A stretch of DNA of 52,670 bases from Nemertoderma westbladi (lineage: Eukaryota > Animalia > Xenacoelomorpha), in contig JAUCBJ010007915.1 in assembly GCA_032718475.1 (NCBI GenBank), positions 1-52,670 of the forward strand, written 5' to 3'. Positions 1 to 13,500 of the stretch are shown piece after piece (the stretch's first letter is position 1; each line of letters starts with the position of its first letter). A model generated the notes under the pieces. The model had not been told where the DNA came from, searched no databases, and worked only from the letters and a program-made list of their open reading frames with translations. Made by a program: the position numbers and the translations under genes.

Positions 1-1125
1 CCGCCTTTCTTTCTGCTTCTGCAGCTACCACTGCTGCTTTCTTTCTGTCTTCTATACGTTTTTTCTTTACTTGTTCTTCTTGAACTCGTGTGATGCGGAG
101 TTGTTCATCGAATTTAGCCTGATTCGCAGCCCTCATTTCCACATCGATGGCATCCAACACAAGCTTGGTTCCTTCACTATTAGGGCTAAGTCCCTCTAAC
201 CTTCTCCTCAACTCGTCATCACCTAAAAAACGTTGATAGTCTGACAGATAGATGTCAATGGCATCCCTCTTATGCGGTTTCTCTGCCGTCGCTTCACTTT
301 CCACTTGGGAAAAAGTAGCGTCTGTTGATTCTCCATGGGTTGAGCGCTCCTCTAGCTGAGCTTTCCACTGAGCTGTTCCTTGAACCTGGAGACTCACCCG
401 TTGAAACCAAGTCTTTACGGCAACTTGCAACGACGTGTCTTGCCTTCGTTTAGAAGCCTCCTCAAAGGCCGATAATATTAGCCTGATTCGTAGAATTCTT
501 TCTCTAACTTGATAAAGCAGCAATCCCTGCTCTTGAGGTCCTTGAGGTTGTTGAAACAGTTGTTCTTTTAATCGCTCTATAGAGCTGAAGAATCCCTGTG
601 CGTATCCGGCTGCGGACCTCTTCCACACAGCTGGATCGATGGTTTCCTTGGCTACTCCCATCCGGTGTATGTCTTCCCAGGCAGCTTCTGATAAATCAAA
701 CGGGAGTCCGGGTCCGGGGAAGTTCCATTGCGACTCGACAATAGACTTCAGTTCTTCACTCATGTATCCCGCATAACTATCTCTAGTTGACCGTTGACTT
801 CTCGCCCAATCGATCTGGTGTTCTTCCACCGCGATCAATAACCTAGTGAGTACGGCTGCAGGAAGGATGAGAAGGGGATCCGTATAAACCGCATCCGTCA
901 TCTCTGCTCCGCGCTCGGGTGTCAGCTCTACAGTATCCTCACTACTGGAGCTGCTGGGCCGCGGAGGAATAAGTTCTTGACTAGCGGGTTGTTGCTGTTC
1001 CGCTGCTTCTTGGTCCCGCTTGACCTGAGCTCGGGTGCCTATGATAGACCTACGATGTTGGACTAGCCTAGGTTCTTTTATTACTACTGGAGGGATGACT
1101 TTCCTCACAGTGGGAGGTGAACTGA
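1..1125 (-). pseudogene. gag N-terminal region of element A, start codon region deleted
   Basis: Encodes a homolog of C gag residues ~31-390 (SSPPT..., SQWNFPGPGLP, WKRSAAGY). About 680 bp present in C (~33365-34035), including the ATG, is absent. Confidence 0.75.
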
Positions 1126-1849
1126 AATTACGACCAGCGGTGCGCTTTCAATGAAGTGTTACTTATAAGACACTAAAACAAATAATTCTAATTTACCTAA
1201 GTTACTTAATACTACAAATTACGTACAATTCGGGTGAGATTACAATCTCTAAATAAACACAAAAATTTACAAAAAACACAAAATACGAATTTTTAGGGTA
1301 ATTTTACAAGAAGTCTACAAACCAGCCTAACAAAGGGTTAGAATTCTGGTTATTACAACGGACAGGGTACTACGGTATTTGAAATAATAAGTAGTAGTAA
1401 ATACACTGCGTTGTCCAGATAGGAAAATACCACCGCCTGACGACCTATAGCCGTATCGCTATAGGTTCTACGTTATGTATCACGGAGTGTTCCTACCTAG
1501 AAGTTAATAGAGCTAATCGAACGTGCCTATCAACCACTTTACAACACAAATATAATGCCTACACTAATTACTTTCGGAAAGCACTGTACACTAAACCCTA
1601 AATTAGGTACGAGTACTTGTACAACAGATAATCAGTAGTTAAATATACTTGAACAGCTAAAAGAACCACGGCATCTGCTGGAGTAACCGGTGCACAAAAT
1701 CACCAGTCTTTACCTACGCCAAACAGCCCGTGTAGTACCGGGGTTAATTTAACTATAACGGTATGTATAACAAACACAATTATTGTAAGAACAAACTTGG
1801 GGAATGAATGTTGCGGATAATCGCATAAACTCTGAATAATAAATATTAC

Positions 1850-2420
1850 GCTACGCGTACAAACTACTCAAACAAAATACAGACCGAACACTGACAGACT
1901 ACTATCAAGCCTAAACAAACTACGGTATATGCAGACTCCGAAATGATTAGGGAGTATGCGCTCTAACCCAGTAGTGCGACTTATTCTTTAGTTGGGGGTT
2001 TACCTTACAGCGTTCGCTGCCCCTACTGCCTAACCGTACTTAATCGGACAGATGATCTACACACGCGGCAATCCGTTCAGACCTAATAACAGCCAGACAA
2101 CTATCCAGCCTACAAATTATCTAAATAAAATTATACGCTACCCGTACAGACTTACACAAACAAAGTACAGACCAAACGATGGCAGACTACTCTCAAGCCT
2201 AAATAAACTGCAGGACATGCAGACTCCGAAATGATTAGGGAGTATGCGCTCTAACCCAGTAGTGCGACTTATTCTTTAGTTGGGGGTTTACCTTACAGCG
2301 TTCGCTGCCCCTACTTCCTAACCGTACTTAATCGGACAGGTGATCTACACACACTGCAATCCGTTCAGACTTAACAGCAATCAGACAACAGCTCAGCCTA
2401 CAAATTGTCTGTACAATCTG
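1850..2420. repeat. 288-bp tandem duplication in the leader of element A
   Basis: gcagactccgaaatgattagggagtatgcg... starts at 1931 and at 2219. Confidence 0.9.
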
Positions 2421-2679
2421 ATCAGGCTTACACGCCTTCTGTTCAATACTGGCCTACAAACAAATAAAACTTGACAGAAATAAGTAAAAATCTCAATAAA
2501 AAACCAGGGCGGGCCCTCCCTGATTAATTATTAAGGCCTACCGGTATATAATTATCAAAATCGAATAATACTGCTGTACCTGTACTGCTGCAGGTACCGG
2601 TCCGGGTGGTTAGGTAGTCAGGCCTACTGGGTACCGGTTGCCGGTACTTCAGCTTTATTGCCTACTGCAATACAGAAGC

Positions 2680-2691
2680 TATATCCTTTAA
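2680..2691 (-). promoter_or_regulatory. Non-tRNA primer-binding site of element A (TTAAAGGATATA), complementary to LTR 3493-3504
   Basis: Directly abuts the LTR end and lacks TGG. Plus-strand tatatcctttaa (2680-2691) is the reverse complement of ttaaaggatata (3493-3504). Confidence 0.65.
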
Positions 2692-3944
2692 TGTTCGCGC
2701 TTTCAGACCTTTAGCAGTTTAACCCACCAAATTAAGATGTCTGCTAGATATTAAATCGGTTTTTAGTCTATGACAAGTATTTGATTCACTACACTAGTCG
2801 AAACCAATCTGTGCGCGATCATTCACCCGCTGGATATTCCCGGGAGATTGGGTTCGACGGTTTAATTTTATTGCTATGTAAGCCTAATGTATTATTCGAC
2901 TGACAGTATTATATAATCTCTGACAATATTATTCACCTTCGGGGAATATTAACAGTTCCTTTAGGACGTGGCGCTTTATCTATATAAACAGAGTTATGAC
3001 TTAAACTACTCACAACGATATGGCTTAATTATAATTCACATATATGGCGCATTCTTTAGGAATTGCTTCTTTAACAGACTCACTCATACACAATGCTGCA
3101 CAATACTGCACACTAATCTGCCAATCTTCACTGATTTTAGTCACATATAAAAGGAACACAGACTGACTCATGTAGGGTCTATCAAATAACATTAGATTCA
3201 CTTCAAACCACTTTAACATAAGTCACAATCGTTATTGGTAACCTTTCTCTCTTACCTTAGGTATATCAAGAATATTGGGTTTTCGGGGTTATTTCTCGTT
3301 ATTCCAATATAATAATTCATCAACCAATATAATGAATAACCAACAACAAATAGCAGTACACAGTATCGATTGAGCAGGTAATTTTAGCAGTTTCAGCAGT
3401 TATTAAAAGCCGTGTGTCAGCAGTCAGTGTATTCCCAGATCAGTGATTCCATGAGTTTGATCGGTACGTCAGTATGTATGATCAGTTAGCAGTTAAAGGA
3501 TATATGTCCTTATAATTAAACCTACTAGTGTAAGACTAAAAACTGAAACACGGAGGTGCCAAAAGCCGGTTCTTAGGCTCTGGGCAAAAACATAACACTG
3601 AACTACTGAGTTTCTGTATATACCTCCAACACAGAGACAACAAACGCTCTGATTGGTCAACCTGAACAACGAGAGAACAAAGAAACAAAGAAACGTCGAC
3701 GTGGCAATATCAGCTGCTAGCCGTCGTCATGGTAGCGACACTGTTTTCAAAGTATCCAGCTATTGCGTCACGAGATTGTGGATTATGTCCTCTAAAGTAC
3801 AAATACAGTACAAATACATAAGAAATGACTTTTATGTCCTCTAAAACACCAGTACAGCAAGGACACGGCCTTTTTATGCCTGGCAAACCAACTACAGAGT
3901 ACTTTAAGGGAAAATAACCGGCTAATTACGCAAAAGCTTTTACA
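2692..3944 (-). repeat. 5' LTR of element A (~1253 bp, TG...CA)
   Basis: Plus-strand termini tgttcgcgc...aagcttttaca match C's LTR termini tgtacgcgc...aagcttttaca. Internal blocks are shared (cattcacccgctggata, aacagttcctttaggacgtggcgc). Minus-strand CCAAT box at 3645-3656. Confidence 0.88.
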
Positions 3945-3950
3945 TGTAGT

Positions 3951-4097
3951 GAAAGGAGCAGGTTACAGTGGCACGTTATTTTAACCAAAACAATAAACTA
4001 AACATTTAATAGAACAGGTTACAGTTTTATTTTTGAGAGTAATCATCTGTTATTTGCGTCAAATTTCCCCTGGAGAGGGATGAATTTTTATTGCGTC
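3951..4097. repeat. Short dispersed repeat, unclassified (copies at ~4719-4790 and ~52287-52430)
   Basis: gaaaggagcaggttac...aaccaaaacaataaac...aatagaacaggtta...tgttatttgcgtc recurs with high similarity at 52287 and partially at 4719. Confidence 0.75.
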
Positions 4098-5099
4098 CGG
4101 TTTCCCCCCCTTCTCGTCTAAATACATATTTCTTTCCCAGATTACATACATTTCGCACCAAATTATTTATATTCGTCCCAAAGTATTTCTATATATATTT
4201 TTATATTCGATATTGTTAACAACATCGTTAGAAAAAGCCGTCTCTATAACATGCTCCTTTCCCTCAATTGGTAACAAATACGAAACAACAACGAAAAAAT
4301 ATCATATATCTGACTATTGTAGTTGTTGTTTGCTTTATGTGTTTTACAGTTGTGTAATAAATGTGTGTTTTGGGGCTGATGTTTTAATTTTTGGGTCGAA
4401 TTTATAACATTACTTCAGATGTATTTTTTTGGTCAACAAGTAAATTATTTTGTGCCAAAATTATGCGTTTTGTTCTTTTGTTATTTTTTTGGACAAATTT
4501 ATTTTTTTGGTCCTTTTGTATGTTATTTGTTCAATGAGTAAATTATTTGGTGCAGAAAGTATTTGCTTTGCCAATTTTTTTATGTTTTTTGAGTAAACTT
4601 TAGGTAGCCTTTAGTTACAGCTATTAAAAATAATCATTTTTCACTAAATTTTAACAGGAAAATCACTAAAATATTCAGTTTCCAATAAAATCGATTTATT
4701 TTCACTAAACAAGGAAAATGAGCAGGTTACAAACACTTTATTCTAACCAAAACAATAAACGGAATGCAATAGAACAGGTTACAGCTATATTTTTTTTATA
4801 TAAAATAGAAAAACATTTTAGTGATAATTAATATATTTTAGTAACATAATATTGTGAAAAACATTTAATTTTGGGAAAAAATTATTGTTTTAGTGACCAA
4901 TAAAATTCGTGCCTTATAAAATAGACTATTTTCAATGGCTTGTTAATGGGTTAATTTTTTAAATAAAAAAAAATTTAAAAAAATTTCACACTAAAATGTC
5001 AAATTCCGTAGCATATATTATAAGGCATTTGAAAAGGGGGTGGGGGGGGGGGATATTTTTTAATAAAAAATAAAATATTACCGGTATTTAAGACGACTC

Positions 5100-5800
5100 C
5101 GTGTCCGAGTCCGAGCAGTGAGAGATGACACGGACAACAGCGCAGCGGACCGAACCACCCGATATAACCGTGGCTCGCGTAATATGGCTCGCCTCATGCT
5201 GCTAATGCCTGGTGTGCAGTCTGTCAGCGATTATCTGCAGGAGTCTGTTCACCTGAGGCACCATGAGAGTTCAACGCAGTAGACCACGACAGGCGATAAT
5301 TCTTCCCAATATCTGGTAACTGCAGAAGCATACAGACACTTATTCACGGCTTCCAATACGGACGTGGGTTGCGATTAACGTACGACTTGGTGCGGCGTCA
5401 AAGTAGGTTGATTGAATGACGCACAACGCCTAAGTATCTGCGTTAAGCGCTCCCGTATTAAAACATCGCACCGGAACCCTTGTACCGAGCGAGCTACATT
5501 TCCTCCCTTTCAGCGCTCCCATACCACGGGAGCGTGTTGCATTATTGCGGGGCCACAACGCGGAAGTTACGAGGTTCTTTGTGGCGTCTCGCAGGTCGTT
5601 ATGACGCTGGATAACGATGACGACCTTATTGCGCTTCAACTCGTGGTTCTGTCAGAACTCGGCCCCGCATCTATCACATCAACTGGGCACCCCAATGATA
5701 TGGGTCTGCCGTACCACACCGCTGCTAGACCACCACGGAACTCCAGAGGAGATAGGTCGTAGTGGATTCCCGATAGTTGGTAGTGATTAGGCCATAGCCC
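5100..5800 (-). mobile_element. Degraded CRE-like (restriction-like endonuclease) non-LTR retrotransposon, C-terminal fragment
   Basis: Minus-strand translation across frameshifts gives HYDLSPLEFRGGL, CDRCGAEF, NHEL..KVVIVIQRHNDLRD and GFRCDVLIR. This matches the LS..EFR / CCHC / RHN.LRD / (R)xD pattern of RLE-clade retrotransposons. Confidence 0.6.
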
Positions 5801-6852
5801 ATAACACGATATCGGACCCAGTCTCCAATTATAATACTAATACAGTATACAGGCCCTTCACTGTATCAATGTCTACCATGCCACCAACTCAAGAAGTGTT
5901 ACGCTGCCACACCTGTAGTAATGGAAATCCAAGTATTGGCTAATACTTAAGCGTGGGTGTCCTAAACATTCCTGATTGGTTGTATTACTGATATCATCTC
6001 ATCACTAAAACGTAATAAAACAAAATATAGAATGACGCAATAATAATACAATATAATTTGATTCTTATTTAATTTTACATTTAGTATGGCACGTGAGCTT
6101 AGCATTATTGGGGAACCACAGTTTTAACCATTGTCTTCGGTCTAACTCGGTCTGTCTGCCTGTCGCATTAACTTTGAATGCTAATAATTCAGTCAATCTT
6201 TAATGAAATTAAACCAAACATTGTACACATGTAGTCCGTCAAAAATCTAAAAAGGAATTTGCGATTGCGTGGGGAGGGGAGGGGGGAGGGTGGGGGACTC
6301 CGCAGTTCTCCAGAATCTCGGTAGAGGGCAACAAGGCAACGATTGAAATAGCGGGACCCGTATGCTAAAGCTTGCTTACAAATACCCCGCGAACGTCTTT
6401 ATGTTAGAATATAAATCAGAAAAAATCATAATATCACCATTTTTAAAATAAACGAATTTACAAATATATATCTATAGTGAATTCCATTATAATTATTGAT
6501 TAAAAACCATTTTCAGTGGTGTGTGAAATTTTAAGGTGGATGAAAATTATATTTCGTTTATATAATAATATTAATAATAATATAAGTTATAATCATAATA
6601 TAAATACTAATTATAATAATAATGAATAAATAATACTACTACTAATAATAATAATACTAATCTAATAATAGCAGTAAATGTTTATACAAAAACTGATAAT
6701 TAAGTCAAATAAGCTACTACAATTATTAATAGGTACCGGTAGTAGGCCTACCCCTCACACAGACCAGTATATTTTAATCTAATATACATTACCGCTTTGT
6801 TGCTGACCTAATAATTAAAATATTAACTTAATATTTTGTTTCTTTGTTGGTG

Positions 6853-7488
6853 ATGCATTCGGGCCAGATATCAACATTGGGCATTCAGCGCCCAAATACC
6901 TCCACGGGCAGTTACAAATTTCGGCTGGTTTTGCTTGGAGATATGGGAGTTGGCAAATCTTGTTTGGCACTGCGGTTTGTCAGGAATCAATTCGTTACGG
7001 AGCACTTCACAACAGTCGGGGCTGCGTTCGTAACTCAGTCTGTCGTTGTGGATGACAACACAGTAAAATTTGAAATTTGGGATACGGCGGGACAAGAACG
7101 CTTCCACAGTCTGGCTCCATTGTACTACAGAGGTGCCGACGCTGCTATAGTCGTCTATGATGTAACGGAACGGGGAACATTTGATGGAGCGAAACAGTGG
7201 ATAAAAGAGCTACAATTACAGATGAACCCTAATACTTTGATAGCACTGACCGGAAATAAAGCGGATTTAGAGAGTAAAAGGATGGTTGAATTCAATGAAG
7301 GCAAAGCATTCTCAGAAGATAATAATCTTTTGTTTATGGAAACTTCAGCTAAAACCGCCATGAACGTTAATGAAATATTCCTCGCAATTGCAAGGAAACT
7401 CCCCAAAAAGCAGAATCCTACCGCGGCACGTGGGACGATAGATCTAACATCAGGGAAGAACAGTGGAAAATCTAAATGCAGTTGCTAA
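6853..7488 (+). CDS. RAB5: Rab5-like small GTPase (divergent, coding region without introns)
   Basis: G1 GDMGVGKS, switch TTVGAAF, G3 [21 protein letters not shown]4 GNKADL, G5 [22 protein letters not shown]-terminal CSC prenylation motif. First ATG at 6853; the true start could lie in an upstream exon. Confidence 0.9.
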   Translation: MHSGQISTLGIQRPNTSTGSYKFRLVLLGDMGVGKSCLALRFVRNQFVTEHFTTVGAAFVTQSVVVDDNTVKFEIWDTAGQERFHSLAPLYYRGADAAIVVYDVTERGTFDGAKQWIKELQLQMNPNTLIALTGNKADLESKRMVEFNEGKAFSEDNNLLFMETSAKTAMNVNEIFLAIARKLPKKQNPTAARGTIDLTSGKNSGKSKCSC

Positions 7489-8084
7489 TTCGGGGTTCCA
7501 TGAATTGGATGCAGTTTAATGGATTTTGAACTGAAATCTTTCTATTATTCGGAATATTTTATTATGTCGCTAGTAATAAGTTTACATTAATAACTGTTAC
7601 CTTCAGGGCGTGTAATGATGTTATACTTTACGAGCAGATGACATGACAGTGCGGAAGAAGACTTAATACTCCAACAGACATGCTGACAACGGAAAGGCAA
7701 CTTCTTCTTTCTGGATAAAGTTATATTATATATGTGTCTCTCCTCTGATATTCTGTCCCAGAACGTCGTCGTTGCGGGCAATCCGATTCAGTGTTACAGC
7801 CGAAAACTGATTATCGCTTTTTTACCAATTTTTCCTAATGGTGCTTGCTCCATTTTTTACATGAAACTGTACCGTTATACCATTAATCGTTACTCAATTA
7901 ATATTTTATATTCCACAAAATCAGGCTGGTATTTTATTTAGGCCTAGTAGCAGTGGCTATTAGACTACTTCCTGGAAGTGTAGTAGTGTGAATAAAACCA
8001 AGGCGTCCGCGGGATCCTCTACCGGTGCCTAGGATTAAGGGGAAGTGAAAAGGCTAACGAAAACATTTAGATATTTTCCCTTAC

Positions 8085-8945
8085 TGTGATCATAATGATG
8101 ATGGGGTGATGGTAACTCTACCTTCTGGCTCCAGAAGTCAAGGAAATCCTGCCAAGTACCTAACTGATCTAGACTTTTCTAATGACTTACGAGTACTCTC
8201 AGAATCACTAGAGGGAGCCCAACGGCTCCTCAGCTCATTAGAACACGCTGCTTCTAGTGTAGGTCTTTTTGTTAACCCCAAAAAGACCAAAATTCTGACA
8301 GTTAACTTTGAAAGTCCTCAGCAAATCTCTGATCGGATGAGCATAAGCTCACAGGATGGTATGCTTGAGCATCTGGACGACTTCTGTTAACTGGGATCAT
8401 GGATCCGGAAGTCAGGTGAGGACCTTCGAATACGTAAGGGAAGGGCATGGGCAGCCTTGAATAGGCTTTCCAGGATTAGGAAGTCACAGATAATTAATCG
8501 GAAATTTTAGGTCCGATTATTTAGAGCAGCATTAGTTCCAGTACTCCTCTATGGGAGTCCATGCTGGGCTCTAACTGCTGAGGAAACCAAATCTCTGGAT
8601 GGCACATTCACAAGAAGGTACGCCGGGTTCATTGTGTCAAGTACAATGCACACATCTCGAACCAGACACTATATAACATTGGAGGTCTCTCCTTGGTTCC
8701 CCCTAGCTTGACACTAGAACAAAGCCGCCTCTGCTTTGCTGGACATTGTTTTCGCCGTGAGGACCAGGCTGTGCACAATCTTGTGATTTGGCAGCCCCAT
8801 GGAGAAAATAAGCATGGTGGACAGCCCATGACTTTCGTGAGACGCATCTTAAAGGACACTGGCCTTGAAGATGCGGATAATCTCGCGAAAGTCATGGGGG
8901 GTAGGGAGTTGTGGCGGTGCAACTCTGTTGATAAGCCGGCATAGC
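8085..8945 (+). mobile_element. Degraded RTE-like LINE, RT C-terminal half
   Basis: LTDLDFSND (decayed FADD motif), SLEGAQRLLSSLEHAASSVGLFVNPKKTK, F.(Y)LGSW, VLLYGS, RLCFAGHCFR; contains stops and frameshifts. Confidence 0.85.
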
Positions 8946-9349
8946 ATTCTTAATGCACGCTTCATTGGGCTTGCCAATTATGGATTGTGTGGTAGTGACA
9001 AAATGTTTTTGTTAAGCTGGCAAAGCATCTCAATGTTCAGTTTCAATGCAGAAGGCCGATTACAGTGGTAGTAGACCTCGTGACCCTATCATCATCCCCT
9101 AAACACTCGTTCAACAAATTATACATCTCATGGGTAGAGCTAGCGGGAAAAATTATTTTTTTCCCACATATATATATAGTAATATCCCAAATTATTGTAG
9201 GAAGATATATTACATGAATAGGCAAGAAACCGCCGTGGGATAAGGGATCCGGTTTAGTGTATATATATTTGTAGGCATAAAATAATAAATAAATAAAATA
9301 GTATTTTAAATAAACCTATATCAACCTCAGAAAAAATTCATATATTACT

Positions 9350-10520
9350 TTATCACTAGCTTTCGATATAATATCTTTTCCGAATGTTGAAAACCAACTA
9401 TTTATAAATTAAATAAATTAACAATTTAAAATTCTAGAAAGTTTGTATACGTCTTCCCTATTTCGTGTTTCTCAGGCGAGCCGATTTAATTATGGATTGA
9501 ATACATCTACACCGAAATCATTTACTACTGCCTCGTTGATGGTGTTCAACCCGAATGGTTTCACTGTTAGCAGAGTACATTGCCAAAAGCCCTCCCTGTT
9601 CCTTAGTTCGCTCGTTTGATCTTTTTTCTTTTTCGATTTAAATTTGACGTTCTCAATGGGTGTAATTTTGAAGTCCGCAAAATTGTGTCCAGCCTGTTCA
9701 CAAAGAAATGACGTTCAATTGAAGTCACAGGTTTATTGTCTACTATCTTGCTTTTATAATTTATAATTCTTGCTTTTAGGTCGGTTGTCGATCCTACCCC
9801 TTGTAAGTTGCATTTTTCACACCTTACCAGATCAATAACATTCCATTCTTAATGTCACAAGTAAAATTTCCTTTAATTAGATATCTCTTTTTGTTCAGTG
9901 GGGTCGCTGTTGTAAAATTCTTTAAAGGTTGAATAGATTCACAAGGGTTACATCTTCTTCGTTTACACTTCGTAGCACCAACCAAGTCACTTATATTACT
10001 GTAGTTATTGGCCCATGTTTCTGTCTCTGTATGTAGTTTTGAGGATGCAATCATTGTTTTCATAGTTGGGGCCCTTCGATGTACTACTGGGGCCCTTCGA
10101 TGTACTACTCTACTAGCTCACGTGTAATTACGTTGTCATTCAATATACTTGCGTTTTTGCTTATTATTTCTGCCAGATTTTGGAGCCAACTCAGCTACGT
10201 AGTAAATTGGTTTCTTCTTGTTATCGTTTTTGCGTGTTAGTGCTTGTTCTTGCGTCATAATTAGAGTCTTTCCAAATTGTTCACACACATCCTGAATATT
10301 CCACCCCCAAGCAACAAATGATGATCCATATTCGATTAAAGAATCAAATAAATCATTAAATTATGAACTGTTTCTTCTCAGTCTTAACCCCACTCCGTAC
10401 GGAATAAATTTTAGTTGTTTTGGTTGGTGTGCAGAGCTTGAGCAAATGTATTGGTGAACATCTGTTCACTAAAAAAATGTATGTGTAAGCATATCAGAGT
10501 GGAACTTGAGTGTTTAAAGT
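9350..10520 (-). mobile_element. Degraded Penelope-like element (RT thumb + GIY-YIG endonuclease)
   Basis: Minus strand reads QYICSSSAHQP..LKFIPYGVGLRLRR (thumb), CKRRRCNPC...YLIKGNFTC (linker/Zn) and LRNREGFWQCTLLTVKPFGLN (GIY-YIG C-terminal motif). Confidence 0.8.
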
Positions 10521-10559
10521 TATCATCCCTACTGGCAGCCATAGACATGCACAGAGTCC

Positions 10560-13500
10560 CTCCCACAAGAAACGAAAGTTGGTGCCAGTTTCCAAGAAAG
10601 TCAACCTAACAAATGAACTTACGGATCTTTTTATGGAATCTCATTGATCTCATTTCGACTGCCTCAAAGCTATACAATATAATTCTTTGGAATCTCATCA
10701 GGGGTCCTGTTGAGAGACTGTTACTTGGGAACCAAAACGGGTTCCGTATAGGTCGTGGTACCTGGAGCCCGTTCTGGCGCTTGGAAGGATAATTCAAGAG
10801 TTATCACAAAAGAAAGACAGCTATCTGTTCTGTTAAAGAAAGACAGCTATCTGGCTTTTATCTTTGTTGACTTCTTCAAGGCGTTCTATTCAGTCTCCAT
10901 ATCACATATATTCATCATAGTTCCCCAGCGTATGGGATTCCTGTGGAAATTGGGGCAATGATTTTACTATTCGATGGTTCGACTACATTTGTGTCATCTA
11001 CATTTTGTGATACAGATCCATTCAGAGTTTTAGTCCTCCAGGGTGACACAGATCCATTCAAAGTTTTAGTCCTCCAGGGTGACACAGATCCATTCAAAGT
11101 TTTAGTCCTCCAGGGAGACACAGATCCATTCAAAGTTTTAGTCTTCCAAGGTGACACAGATCCATTCAAAGTTTTAGTCCTCCAGGGAGACACAGATCCT
11201 TTCAAAGTTTTAGTCCTCCAGGGTGACACAGATCCATTCAAAGTTTTAGTCCTCCAGGGAGACGCAGATCCATTCAAAGTTTTAGTCCTCCAGGGAGACA
11301 AAGATCCATTCAAAGTTTTAGTCCTCCAGGGTGACACAGATCCATTCAAAGTTTTAGTCCTCCAGGGTGACACAGATCCATTCAAAGTTTTAGTCCTCCA
11401 GGATGACACAGATCCATTCAAAGTTTTAGTCCTCCAGGGAGATACAGATCCATTCAAAGTTTTAGTCCTCCAGGGTGACACAGATCCATTCAAAGTTTTA
11501 GTCCTCCAGGGTGACACAGATCCATTCAAAGTTTTTGTCCTCCAGGGTGACACAGATCCATTCAAAGTTTTAGTCCTCCAGGGAGACACAGATCCATACA
11601 AAGTTTTAGTCCTCCAGGGAGACAAAGATCCATTCAAAGTTTTAGTCCTCCAGGGAGACAAAGATCCATTCAAAGTTTTAGTCCTCCAGGGTGACACAGA
11701 TCCATTCAAAGTTTTAGTCCTCCAGGGTGACACAGATCCATTCAAAGTTTTAGTCCTCCAGGGTGACACAGATCCATTCAAAGTTTTAGTCCTCCAGGGT
11801 GACACAGATCCATTCAAAGTTTTTGTCCTCCAGGGTGACACAGATCCATTCAAAGTTTTTGTCCTCCAGGGTGACACAGATCCATTCAAAGTTTTAGTCC
11901 TCCAGGGTGACACAGATCCATTCAAAGTTTTAGTCCTCCAAGGTGACACAGTTCCATTCAAAGTTTTAATCCTCCAGGGAGACACAGATCCATTCAAAGT
12001 TTTAGTCCTCCAAGGTGACACAGTTCCATTCAAAGTTTTAATCCTCCAGGGAGACACAGATCCATTCAAAGTTTTAGTCCTCCAAGGTGACACAGTTCCA
12101 GTCAAAGTTATAGTCCTCCAGGGAGACAAAGATCCATTCAAAGTTTTAGTCCTCCAAGGTGACACAGATCCATTCAAAGTTTTAGTCCTCCAGGGAGACA
12201 CAGATCCATTCAAAGTTTTAGTCCTCCAGGGTGAAACAGATCCATTCAAAGTTTTAGTCCTCCAGGGAGACACAGACCCATTCAAAGTTTTAGTTCTCCA
12301 AGGTGACACAGACCCATTCAAAGTTTTAGTCCTCCAGGGAGACACAGATCCTTTCAAAGTTTTAGTCCTCCAGGGTGACACAGATCCATTCAAAGTTTTA
12401 GTCCTCCAGGGAGACGCAGATCCATTCAAAGTTTTAGTCCTCCAGGGTGACACAGATCCATTCAAAGTTTTAGCCCCCCAAGGAGACACAGATCCATTCA
12501 AAGTTTTTGTCCTCCAGGGTGACACAGATCCATTCAAAGTTTTAGTCCTCCAGGGTGACACAGATCCATTCAAAGTTTTAGTCCTCCAGGGAGACAAAGA
12601 TCCATTCAAAGTTTTAATCCTCCAGGGTGACACAGATCCATTCAAAGTTTTAGTCCTCCAAGGTGACACAGATCCATTCAAAGTTTTAGTCCTCCAGGGT
12701 GAAACAGATCCATTCAAAGTTTTAGTCCTCCAGGGAGACACAGACCCATTCAAAGTTTTAGTTCTCCAAGGTGACACAGATCCATTCAAAGTTTTAGTCC
12801 TCCAAGGTGACACAGTTCCAGTCAAAGTTATAGTCCTCCAGGGAGACAAAGATCCATTCAAAGTTTTAGTCCTCCAAGGTGACACAGATCCATTCAAAGC
12901 TTTAGTCCTCCAGGGAGACACAGATCCATTCAAAGTTTTAGTCCTCCAGGAGGAAACAGATCCATTCAAAGTTTTAGTCCTCCAGGGAGACACAGACCCA
13001 TTCAAAGTTTTAGTTCTCCAAGGTGACACAGACCCATTCAAAGTTTTAGTCCTCCAGGGAGACACAGATCCTTTCAAAGTTTTAGTCCTCCAGGGTGACA
13101 CAGATCCATTCAAAGTTTTAGTCCTCCAGGGTGACACAGATCCATTCAAAGTTTTTGTCCTCCAGGGTGACACAGATCCATTCAAAGTTTTAGTCCTCCA
13201 GGGAGACACAGATCCATTCAAAGTTTTAGTCCTCCAGGGAGACAAAGATCCATTCAAAGTTTTAGTCCTCCAGGGTGACACAGATCCATTCAAAGTTTTA
13301 GTCCTCCAGGGTGACACAGATCCATTCAAAGTTTTAGTCCTCCAGGGTGACACAGATCCATTCAAAGTTTTAGTCCTCCAGGGTGACACAGATCCATTCA
13401 AAGTTTTTGTCCTCCAGGGTGACACAGATCCATTCAAAGTTTTAGTCCTCCAGGGAGACACAGATCCATTCAAAGTTTTAGTCCTCCAAGGTGACACAGA

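Larger units (their letters stand above)
1..3944 (-). mobile_element. BEL/Pao LTR retrotransposon A, 5' part (5' LTR, long leader, gag N-terminus); continues off the left edge
   Basis: 1-1125 is colinear with the gag N-terminus of element C (e.g. cgggagtccgggtccgggaaagttccattg at ~701 and ~32935). 1170-2690 aligns with C's leader. The LTR is homologous to C's LTR. Confidence 0.9.
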
